Source: Octopus vulgaris (lineage: Eukaryota). Taken from it: a DNA stretch of 64,000 nucleotides. The notes under the pieces were generated by a model that made no database searches, had not been told where the DNA came from, and was given only the letters and a program-made list of their open reading frames with translations. Made by a program: the position numbers and the translations under genes. This document shows, piece after piece, positions 27,599 through 39,754 of the stretch; within the stretch, counting starts at the first letter, position 1, and each line of letters opens with the position of its first letter. The stretch covers positions 110,732,001 to 110,796,000 of the forward strand of contig OX597817.1 of assembly GCA_951406725.2 (NCBI GenBank), written 5' to 3'.

Positions 27599-27692
27599 TC
27601 TGGGACTACATTATGTTGTCTTTCAACTCTATAATGGTAGTTTGTGGCTTGAAGAAGATTTGGTTGCTATTTCTGTTTAAGAATGTAACACT
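27599..27692 (+). repeat. 94-bp local direct duplication, copy 2
   Basis: Matches 26308-26401. Confidence 0.9.
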
Positions 27693-28030
27693 CTATAGAC
27701 ATCATCTGTAATTGATATGATCCTGTTTGCACCCTCCTAATAAAAAAGAAAGAAAAAAAGAATAATCCTGCCCCACCCTGAAAGAATTGTAAGTGTTAGC
27801 ATGATTCTATCATAAATAAGACAAAATTCTTATTACCTGGTAATGTTGATGAAATGAGCTGAGTTATGTGTAATAGGGAAATTATGCTGATTAAATAAAT
27901 GTCAGCCAATCAGAGAAAGATAAAGTAATGTTTAATGAGTAGCAGGATCATCAACATGTGGAAGAATGAACCTAAAGCAAAATTACAGGTGTTATTAAAA
28001 GGATGGAAAGTGTATTGCAGGATACTTTTT

Positions 28031-28365
<335 letters not shown>

Positions 28366-29588
28366 TTGGGTCATTGGGTCATCCCATAAATAATCTGTTT
28401 TTTTTCAATTGCATGAACTAAACGTTGGAAGGGGGTGGGATAAACTACCTGCATCAACTTGCTATAAAAGCAGGTAGTAATTTTACCTTGTACTTATTCA
28501 TAGTGCAAGTTTTGAAGTTCAGTTTTAACATTTATTTTTTGTAAGCAATAATGGAAGTGACAAAGGAGCATATTTGGCATTTTTTGCATTATGAGTTCAA
28601 TAAAGACAACAATGCAACTGAAAGTGCAAGGAATATTAATGCTGTATATAGGTGGGGAGGTCCAAAAATAGGCATAGGCTAGTATCAATGATGGTTACAG
28701 AAATTCCGAGCTGAAAACTACAGCCTAAGACAAGCTTTGTCCTGAAAGATCTGTAGAGCTTGATGAAGATGTCCTGCAAACCCTGGTGGAACAAAATCGC
28801 ATTGTAACTCCTGAGGAATTAGCAGAGAAACTTGGATTTGGTCATTCAACGACATGTGCATGCCATCAGAAAAATCAGCAAATTGGGTCAATGGTTTCCT
28901 CAAACTTTCTGAGTCTAATCGTGTTATGTCTCATGAATGAACCTTTTTTGGACCGAATAGTGACTGGTGCCAAGAAATGGGTTCTCTATAAAAATGTCAA
29001 GTACCAAAGACAGTGGGTAGGGAAAGGAGAAACACCAGCACCCCAGGTTAAAGAAGGTCCTCACTCACTTAAGGTGTTGTTATTTGTTTTGTGGGATATG
29101 AAAAGTTTAGTCCACTTTGAACTTTTAAAGCCAAACCAAATGATAACAGATCTACTGTGAGCAGCTTGAGTGGCTTAAGTCAACACTAGAAGAAAAACGA
29201 CCATCTTTGGTTTCAAGAAGAAAAGTGTTCTTCCATCAAGATAATGCTTGGTCACATACAGCGAGGATGGCATTCGAAAGGCTGGAGCAGTTTAAATGGG
29301 AAACATTGTCCCACTCACCATATTTGTTGGGCATTGATTGTCATTTATTTCGCAGTCTTCAAAATCATTTGGACAGAAAAAATATTAATTCTGCAGACGA
29401 GGTGAGAATAGTACTGGAGGAGTATTTTTCATCACAGTCAAGTGAATTTTAGAAGAGGCAGTCTTGCACGTTTACCAGATAGCTAGAAGAGCATTGTAGA
29501 ATATGAAGGGGAGTATATTTTATATTACAAAAAAGCTTTGTTTATCTTAATTTTGAAAATAAACTGCATTATTTATGGGATGGCCCAA
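28366..29588 (+). mobile_element. Full-length (~1.22 kb) mariner (Tc1/mariner) DNA transposon, defective
   Basis: TIRs TTGGGTCATCCCATAAATAAT and ATTATTTATGGGATGGCCCAA, flanked by TA on both sides (28364-65, 29589-90), with transposase remnants inside. Confidence 0.95.
28551..29527 (+). pseudogene. Mariner transposase pseudogene
   Basis: Starts MEVTKEHIWHFLHYEFNKDNNATESARNINAVY. Motifs FLDRIVTGAKKWVLY (for IVTGDEKW), FHQDNAWSHTA (for HDNARPH) and HSPYLLGIDCHLFRSLQN (for HPPYSPDLAPSDYHLF). Frameshifts and stops are present and the first catalytic Asp is replaced by Ala. Confidence 0.93.
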
Positions 29589-30052
29589 TATATATGTGTG
29601 TATGTGACAGGCTTATGTGTATATATTTTATTCTTAAACAAGATTAATATTGTTGACAGTGACTTTTAAGTTTTGGCTAGTCATACCATCTTCAAACTGT
29701 GATGTATTAGGAGTGATTCATGATAAACTGGAGTATGCAATCATAAAAGTGAAAATCATATAACTGAAGTAGATATAACATGTATGCACCAAGTTTACTT
29801 TTTATTAACTTACCTTAAATAAAAGATGTATATTAGAGTATGATTTGTTATTTGCATTCATTTGCATGTCTTAGGCATGCACAGCATTCAGAAAACACAA
29901 CTGATGCACACATATACAGTTATTTAAAAAAATTCATTCTGCTAATATATCTTAATTGGAATTGTTACATATCCTGTGGAGTTGTTATGGACATTTCAGT
30001 TCAATCTCTAGCTTAATTAAATCTTGTATTTTTCTTTACATTTTGTGTGCAA

Positions 30053-30427
30053 GTGTGATGCAGCTGTGGCTTTCGAACCACATGTCTCCAAGTTCAGTCC
30101 CACTGCATGGCACCTTGAGCAAGTGTCTTCTACTATAGCCTTGGGCTGACCAAAGCCTTGTGAGTGGATTTGGTAGATGGAAATTGAAAGAAGCCTGTTG
30201 TATATGTGTGTGTGTTTGTCTTTGTGTCTGTGCTTGTTTCCCACTGCTCCTTGATAACTGGTGATTTGTTTATGGCCCCATAGCTTAGAGGTTTGGTAAA
30301 GAGACCAATAGAATAAGTACCAGGCTTAAAAGTAAGTACTGGGGTTGATTTGTTTGACTAAAAATTCTTCAAGATGGTGCCCCAGTATGGCTGCAGTCTA
30401 ATGACTGAAACAAGTAAATGATAAAAG
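30053..30427 (+). mobile_element. SINE family A, near full length
   Basis: AGTTCAGTCCCACTGCATGGCACCTTG... through ATGACTGAAACAAGTAAA. Confidence 0.88.
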
Positions 30428-33400
30428 ACAAAAAAAGTGTATGTGCAAATGTGTGATCATTATAAATATGATATATTGCTCATAAAAGTAGTGTTTGGTT
30501 CTGTCCTTTATAGTATCGAAATAAATTTTTACTTGGGATAAGATAACACGCTTTTAATGATATTATTTCCCAGAAAATCAGATTTTAATGATTTTTTTCG
30601 ACCTAAGATGATATAAAGTATAGATAATTTGATTATAATAAAAAAATATAAATTTAGTTGAAGGTCCCTTAATTCTTCTTCAAAATACCATGATCTCATA
30701 ATAAAAGTATATTTCATAAATGTTTAAATTATGAAATTGACTTAATATTTCACAGGACTGTGGGTTGACAGAATTGGGAAAATTTTCAAAGTTACTTGCA
30801 GCATTTAGTTATACTTCTTTTAATTCTAAGTTCAAATCCTGTTGTAGCCAACTTAGGCTTTCATCCAACAAGTATTTTACAAATGAATGTATTGATGAAA
30901 TACGCGACATTTAGATGATGTTTGTTTCTCAAGGGCTACCAATGTAAATTTGAAAATTTTACCCAACTGTGTTAAAAACAAGGAAGGCATACTGGACAAA
31001 ATAGTTATAGATGTACAAAATGATGTATGGTTTTGGCTGGAATGACTTTGATTACAGATATCTGCTTGATTGACCTAAAGCTAATCAACTGCAGGGACCA
31101 GTTTAGCATTTTCTCACTCTTTTCAGTTGGTTTTAGAATTTGTGCTTTTGCTTCTTGATAATAATGTATCTGATTTCTCATTATTGGTATCCAGTTATTT
31201 AAAGATCCAACAAATGAGTTTGAAAACTAAACTTTCAGTTTGAAGATCAGGAAATTTTTTTCCACAGCAATATATTTTTATTGCAATATATTCTTGTGTC
31301 ATATAAAATACCTTGTGGTATTTACTTACATCTCTTTGCAGAACTTTGGCCCCACCCAAACTTCTCTCTGCTCATGTCTTTCTTACAGGTGTTTACTTAC
31401 AGAGCTCAATAAGCATTAAGGGCATCAGTCTCACTGGTTTAGGAGGGCCTATTTAGTGTTCAAATCCTGCCAAAGTTAACCTCACATTTCATTATTCATG
31501 TACTTGGACCAGTTTACTCTGTACCAATGTTAGAAATGAAAATATTTTAAAATTGAAACATGAAAAGTTTAATAGTAATTAATGTATTTTGAAAATTAAT
31601 TGCATCATTAATTATCAGAAATCTAAAGAAAATCTTTATAATTCACCATGTAAATACTTATAAGTTGTGAAATTCTTATTTTAGTTTTGTATATTTTCCA
31701 TGTATTTTTGGTTTTATTCCATTTTGAATTATGATTAATTTATGAGTTAGACATATATAGAAACATACATGCACCAAAAACAAAAATAGAAAAATAATTT
31801 TTTTTCAGCATTTGCTGTTGTCTTGAATTATCAGGTTTATGCTTAAATAGTTTTGAGAAAATGTTATAATCTAAAGGTTTGAAAACAGGAGAAAAATCAA
31901 TATATGTATTTCTTCTTTAGAGACATTTGCATGTTATTTCCAAATGCATTGTTTCTTATCATGAGCCTTTAAAATTAGTGAATTAGTATTTTCAAAGCTG
32001 CTAATAACTTTGGGGATATCAAAAAAGGAATCTCTTTACAATGTGCCTAATAGCATATTCACGCAGATACAAATAACCTTTATAAAATGTGAAATACTTA
32101 TAAATGATTAAAATCCCTACTTAATGTTTGTTTAAAAGCAGGATTATTGTTTGGTGTAGCTTACTATGACTCTGTAATGATGCAGAATGTTTTCAAGTTC
32201 TTTTTTTCTTGTCTTCCAAAAAGCTAGGAAGCATAGGGTTTAATAAGAAGAAATGAGAACAGTAACATTTCATGTCTTTCCCAGGATCATTAGTTATGGA
32301 AGTTTAATAAATTATTTACAGCTGTCAAATAATACTCAACAAGAGTATCCCTCTTATAAATTTTACCCTAATATAATTTGATTAAAACTATTGCCCCCTA
32401 CTTCCTCAGTAGCCTTAGAGGATGAAGATGAAATATAGTTTAGTTGGTAGCAGAAAGAAACACTATGAACAGATGTAAGACATAAAATTTAAAGGCATAA
32501 AGTGATTGACTGGCTTTCTCTCTTGTCTACAGAATATGTGTCTGCCTGCCTGCCTGTCTGTCTGTCAGTCAGTCAGTCAGGTCACTTTCAGTGCTACTAG
32601 TAATTTATAACCCAGTACAATTTGTTGCATGATTGGGCTGTTGACAACTAAACCAGCAACCTTATCCTTATCAAGCCTGCTTAGAAAGGCGAGTGGTTCT
32701 CATTGGATACTCTACAAGACAAAACCAAAACCCATCAAGGGTTGACAGTGAGAGACCTTAGTCTGGGTTTAGATATCTCATTCAGAAGAAGAAAACTCTG
32801 AAGTCGCACCTGTGACTTCATTTGCATCAATGATGAAGACTAGTTCTTCTTTTTGGGCAAATGCATCCATGGTTTAGAGAATGGGATTGGTCCTGTGCAA
32901 GGTCTTTCTTCACTTTAAAAAGCTTCAGGCACCGGTATTTCTATTATGTGTTGCATACTGTAGTGCTTTGTAGCTGAAAAAGGTAAAACAGTCAATGAAA
33001 AATTCCATGAGGGAATAAAGATAATATATCAACCAGTGTGGGTGATAATTCTCTGAACACCTACTGCAAGTGGCACCCATCATTGCACCATCATTGTTCA
33101 ATAGAATGTAGGTTCCTACATATCTGAAAAGCCATATCTGCTGCTTTATAAGAACAATCAGGCAGTGGATGTCATAAAAGCCAGAGGCAGCTATCATGTC
33201 AGTATGTGTGTGTGTAAATTAATTAATTAATTAGCAGTGAAAACAAGCGTAAATATATTTAGTTAAATAATAATAATAACAAAAAAGACTTTTGTGGTAA
33301 ATTTTCAAATGGATTGTTTTTTTTTCATTTTAGTTTTAATAAAATGTTTTATCTGGCACGGTTAATATATTTCACCATTTGTTGTTTATTTTATTAGGGA

Positions 33401-34605
33401 GGTTTATGTGAGACATTGAAATAAAGATTTCAACATTATATTTTATTTACCTTCAATTATCATTGAGTTTTTTTTTTAATTGAGTAGAAAAATAAAAGCA
33501 AACAAAATGCTTGAAGCAGAAGGTTTATTTGTTAAAAAAAGAGATAGAAATTGAAATCCTAAGACACTAACAACTATTAATAGTAAATGATGATATAAAT
33601 TATTTTCAACTAATTTGTTTTGTATAAACCACTCTTACAAGTATTAAATTTTTAAATACAAAAAATTAATATCTATTTAAAAATAAAATAAAGCCTCACA
33701 CTTGTCTTAAGAGTAGTATATTTTTTTTCATGTATCTTTACCAGTTTACATATAAATGTTGATAATATTTTCATATAGTTTACACATTAACACAATGTGC
33801 TCCAGTTGACTTTACTGTTAAGGTAGCTAATTTAAAAACTTGGGAGAAACCCAACTGTATATCCCATGATTGACATTAAAGTTATGAAGCCTTATCTAGT
33901 TCAAATGTAGTGTATCTAGGAATACACTATCCAATGTTTCATGCCTTTTTTTTAATTCTTAGATGGTAGGTTGTAACATGAAAGGAAACTTGGCTGCTAT
34001 TTCAAGTAGGCAGAACTTATAGAAATGTCTATAGAAATGTCGTGCTCAGTTTGTTGTTTTTGTGGCATTCTGGAGATAAAGTGAAAAATTATTGGTGCAC
34101 TTCAAATGGGAAGTTAAAACAAAAAAATCAAGTTTTTTTTTGTGGTAGGTGGTGGGTATTGCTGATCTTATTTTATGTATAAATGTATTATGAATAAAAT
34201 GTTTTTCAAGATGCTCAAGCATTAGTGTAGATTTTCTTAAACCTTAAATTATATTTTAAAAAATGTTGTATATATAATTAACCTTTTTTAAGATGAAAGA
34301 GTAACTGAGTCATTTGATATGAAGACATCCTGTGATATAAAAAAATGATTTGTTCATATCATTGTTGGTCCAGTGTTGGGGATCCAGCAATGAAATTTAA
34401 CTCTTAATAGCTCACTCAGTTTGTTATTAGACAATATGGGGAGTTCTGGCTCGGTATTGTATAAGTAGGAGCAGTATATAATAATTTGTATTTCACTACC
34501 TTATAACAGTGGGATCAAAATCATCTCATGACTCCTTGAAAATATCACCAATGGCGACAGTTATCTATAATGATTACAAGAGTCTTATATTACTGAATAT
34601 TCATA

Positions 34606-34652
<47 letters not shown>

Positions 34653-37085
34653 TATATAAATGAATTGACTCATTCATCTTTTGAGATTTCTTTCTGAATA
34701 GTCGTCTAAATAATCTGGGTGCTCAAGTACTGTTGCCAGATTTTGTGCAGATTTCTTAAACTGGCACCATTTCTGCATTTTGGAACCTGCCAATAAAGTA
34801 TTGATTTTTAAACAACTAGAATACAATATAAATATACATTTAAAAAGATGAATTCATGACCAGTGATATTTCTCCAAAAGTCTTCTGCTTTTGATGTTAT
34901 TTTCTGAAGTTTATGTTAAATGGTTTAAACTAAGTTTGATGCCAATTAAGTTGATTGAACTTTTTCTAATTGAGTTATTCTATCCCATTTACAAAGTTGT
35001 CTGATAAATGATAATCTTTGGCAAATTTCTAATTCTAATTTATGTTATTTCACTTAATAAGAAAATCTCTGTTTTAAACTGTCATGATATGAGTACAACT
35101 GTCATTTAAATAAACTCTTTCACTCAAATTTTATATATTTTTCTTACTTTAAAATGTTTTTTTGTCAATTTTTTTAATATTCATATTCAGTAAAATATAA
35201 CATATACTTTTTGTATTCCTCAAATTTAAATCTTGGATTGTGGAATTGTAATCTTTTTAAAGAATATTTAATATCTAGCTCCATAAACCAAACTATAATA
35301 TAATGATTCTTAGGTGGCAGAGCACTCTGGGGTGGGGGCATTGTGAAAGTGTGACAAATATCAAGAAGGTGCTGGGTGTTTAGAGGGGACATAATTTTTC
35401 TGAGAAGTAAGATATTTAAACCAGATACAATACTTAAATTTTAAACACATTTTCAACAGCAAAAGCAATATGTCTTAGTTACATATTGTGATATCAGTGA
35501 ACAGAAAATGATGATATAACAAGGTCCAACATAATTTCATGTTGAGGTCCCTGTTGACAGGCCCCTAATATTAAAAATAAAGTGTTAACACTCATGGTAT
35601 GCAAATTAGTAGCTCATTCTCTTTAGCTACTGGAATCGATGTGTATATAAACAGATTGGCTACTTGTTTCTCTGGGATTGGTCAAATTGATACAGATACT
35701 TCTAATGAGAACCCAATAAGTTTTGAAAATCAATTAAGGTTATTCATTTTTTTTTCAATCTATGGAGAAATTAGCCCTGTTTATATATTTACTATACAGG
35801 TTACATATATTATATCATACCTTGATATTATGTGGACTGAAATCCCTATTGACATGTGCTTGATATTTATTTTTTTATTGCCCACAGGGGGCGAAACATA
35901 GAGGGGACAAACAAGGACAGACAAAAGGATTAAGTCGATTACACATATATATATATATATATATATTGATCATCTTTGTAAAGCAGATAATCCTTCAGAT
36001 GTATTTGCCAGTCATTGCTTCATTCAGACCAGAAGTGGTTATCAGGTTGATACTTTGATTTGCATTTTGGATGATTCACTGTCCAACTTGAAAAACAAAA
36101 GGATGACCTAATTACTCATAATTTTTTTAATAATAACTGAAGGAACTTAATGTCTTAAATAGGAAAAGAGAACAATATTTTGTCAGTTCATTGTTTTATT
36201 TCAAAAGCTTGGTGATTGATAACAATTTGGTTCAAAATGTAAATGTGTAACCAATAACTCAAATTCCTCTGATTCATGTCATTTTTCTTCTTCTTCTTCA
36301 AAAAAAAAAAAGAAGCAATTCTTCAACATATTGGTTTTTAATAGATTTCTTTCATTCAGTAAATATTTTATATTTTGATTTCCTCACTGTTTTTCTTTTG
36401 CTTGCCTTATTTTAAAAACTTATTTCTAATTTTCTGTATTTTATTAATATTTTTTATTTTATCAGTTCTTTAACTAAATATGATAATGAAATATAACAAA
36501 CTTTTCTCTTAATATTTTACACCAAATTCCAAATTACATAGAACAGTTTACAATTTATTAAATTCTTGTTCCAGCGAAGCAGAAAAGAAAACTAACAAAA
36601 CAAAACATGCACAATATTAAATAAATCATAAGAAAAAGTTTTTGTTCTTCATTAAATATATTTTTAATCTTAACTTTTCATTTAAAATTATTTAATCTTT
36701 ATCAATTCTAAGTTGTTTAAATATGTGTAAATATATTTAAGAAAAAGAATTTTGCTAAAAGTTCCTTTATGATGTCCAAGATATTTAAAATATACATAGG
36801 GAAACTCTATGTGAAGTTTAGTTGCATTTTGTGAAATAGAAATTGATTTACATTACAAACAAACTGGAATTTCTTTAATCAACCATTGTATTTTCTTCTG
36901 TTGATTCTGTCATAAATTTCCCCATGATTATTGATGAGTATCTATCTGAAGTTGGCACGTATTTAAGTTATCCTTGATAAAAGCATTCAAGCCATGGCTA
37001 TCCTGAATTTTTCAGCATAATGTTTTCTGGTTCGAGAGAAATTTGACTGCAATTACATTGTCAAAGCTGTTGAAGAAAAGTGTTT

Positions 37086-37134
<49 letters not shown>

Positions 37135-37473
37135 AGACTGACAAAGTCTAAATTTCATGAGTTTTTGAGAATAAATGAATTATGAATGATGTTGATATTA
37201 TTATTAGTTGTCAGGTAATGAAGTGGTCAAATTGTTAAAACATCAGACAAAATGCTTTGCAGTATTTGTTCCAGTTATTTACATTGTGAATTCAAATCTT
37301 GCCTAAGTCAACTTCAGGGTTCAATAAACTTAAGCACCAATCAAATTCTGAGCTCGAGATAATTGAGTTCCTCTTCCTCAGAATCTGAGGCTTTGTGCTG
37401 AATATGAAATCAATATTATTTATTGTATTAAGGTTATACTGAGGGTAAGTGATATAATCAAAACAGTGGAACA

Positions 37474-37605
37474 TGGCTGTATGGTAAGTAGCTTGCTTAC
37501 GAACCATATGGTTCTGGGTTCAGTCCCACTGCATGGCACCTTGGGCAAATGTCTTCTACTATAGCCTCGGGCCAACCAAAGTCTTGTGGGTGGATTTGGT
37601 AGACA
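37474..37605 (+). mobile_element. SINE family A head-only fragment
   Basis: TGGCTGTATGGTAAGTAGCTTGC...GGATTTGGTAGAC, after which similarity ends. Confidence 0.85.
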
Positions 37606-38038
37606 AAAACAAAACAAAGGCTACCTACAAGATATGAACCATGCATTTTTAAATATAACCTAGTCAATTCAAAGGTCTAAAACCTTATCCTAAAACTTTA
37701 GTAAATACAGCCTGTCACAACTTTTTATATGGAGAAAGGATTGTTTACTGGTCATTTTGAAGCTGCTTCTATTTCGGACTTGCTTTCTCTCATTTAGAAA
37801 AAATATCTTAGAGAATATTTTAGCAATATTTTGAATGCCATTCCAATTTCAGTAGCTCTCTGTTCTATAAAGACCACTTATGACCAACCAAAAACAGTGG
37901 TCACCTCTACATTTGTATTGGATGTATTTTGTAAATTTTACCACTGAGCTAATGACCCTGAAATTTCTCATTTGCTCTTTATTGTTATTGTGCTTATGTT
38001 GTTGTTGATTGAGCAGATCTTTTTTTTATATATATCTA

Positions 38039-38680
38039 GGCACAGAAGTGGCTGTGTGGTAAGAAGATTGCTTCCAAACCACATGGTTCTGGGTTCAGTC
38101 CCATTGCATGGCACCTTGGACAAATGTCTTCTACTGTAGCCTTGGGCTGACAAAAGCCTTATGAGTGGATTTGGTTGATGGAAACTGAAAGAAGCCTGTT
38201 GTGTGTATATATATATATGTATGTATATCTGTGTTTGTCTCCCACCATTGCTTCACAACCAGTGTTGGTGTGTTCATGCCCCATAACTTAGTAGTTTGGC
38301 AAAAGAGTGAGCTGGCAGAAATGTTAGTGTGCTGGGCGAAATGCTTGGCAGTATTTCATCTGCCATTATGTTCTGAGTTCAAATTCCGCCGAGGTCAACT
38401 TTGCCTTTCATCCTTTCGGGGTCGATAAATAAAGTATCAGTTACGCACTGGGGTCAATGTAATCAAATTAATCCCTTTTTCTGTCCTTGTTTGTCCTCTC
38501 TATGTTTAGCCCCTTGTGGGCAATAAAGAAATAAGAGAGCCCAATAGAATATGTATCAGGCTTAAAAAAAACCCCAAAAAATACAAAGTACTAGGGTTGA
38601 TGCATTCAACTAAAATTCTTCAAGGTGGTCCCCCAGCATGGCCACAGTCTACTGACTGAAACAAGTAAAAGATAAAAAAT
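38039..38680 (+). mobile_element. SINE family A with nested SINE B
   Basis: Family A sequence breaks after GGCAAAAGAG (38307) and resumes CCAATAGAATATGTATCAGGC after ~38540. Confidence 0.9.
38308..38532 (+). mobile_element. SINE family B, near full length (central domain resembles the MetaSINE-type conserved domain)
   Basis: Head GAGCTGGCAGAA...GAGTTCAAATTC (A/B-box-like), core GCCTTTCATCCTTTCGGGGTCGATAAATAAAGTA, flanked by AAGAG direct repeats. The superfamily resemblance is from recall only. Confidence 0.85.
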
Positions 38681-38717
38681 AAAGATTATGTTAACCAATG
38701 CTTCCTTTTTTTTTAAA

Positions 38718-38812
38718 GACCATGCAGTATGACTTTTTGTTGCTATTTCTACCACATCAAGTAGTATGACCATGCAGTATGACTTTTTGTTGCTATTTCT
38801 ACCACATCAAGT
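38718..38812. repeat. Perfect 45-bp tandem duplication with 5-bp spacer
   Basis: GACCATGCAGTATGACTTTTTGTTGCTATTTCTACCACATCAAGT at 38718 and 38768. Confidence 0.93.
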
Positions 38813-39723
38813 GACTACATATCTCATTACTTCTTTGGCTCACTGTTGTTCATATTTCGTTTTAGTGATTTAGCATCAGCTTAAACAATATTACAATAAA
38901 GTATATTTTATTGTTACTTTGCTTGCCTATAAAAATAATAATGTTAGTATTGACTAATTCTGGTCAATGCGGATAAAGAAAAAAATTTCCACATTAATTC
39001 TTATGAGATATATTGGTAAAGACTGATATCACTATTGTCATTGTCATCAGTTTTGTAATCATAATTTTTGCACTTTTTTCTGTTTGCATGAAAAAAGTTT
39101 TGCCTACTTTATAATGTAGAGAGGGTGTATTTTTTTTTATGTGCCATTGGTGCCAATGAGTCTGTCTATGGAAGGACTGAAGACTCCCCTATACTCTGTA
39201 TCTGTTCTTATTTGGAATTACTCTTCTCTTGTGTAATGCAGTTTGTAGTGTCTAAATCTCCTTTATTTGTTCGTTCAGTCTTTTTAAGCAAGGTATTTAT
39301 GGTTGGATACCCTTCCTATTACCAACTTAACAGCATAGACTAGGTGCATTTTATCTTGCTACCAGTATTAGAGTGGTTGTCTGCAGGAAGATTTAAAGAG
39401 TTTGTTATCCTGTATCATATATAATTTAGTAAAAGTTCTGTATGGAATCAGGGAGGAAAGATATTATTATTATTATTATTATAAAGGGAAATCTGATATA
39501 AGTATTTGTAAAATATGGAGGTGAATTAACAGATTTGTTAGTGCTGGATAGAATGCCTTGCAGTATTTGTTCTAGTTCTCCCTACTCAGAGTTCAAATCC
39601 TGCTGAAATTAGCTTTGGACAAATCCTTTGATGGCTATAAAGTACCAGTCCAGTGCTGGGATTGATATTTCTGTCTGTCTGCTGCCTGCCTGTCTGTCTG
39701 TCTGACTGTCTGTCGTCTCTCTT

Positions 39724-39754
<31 letters not shown>

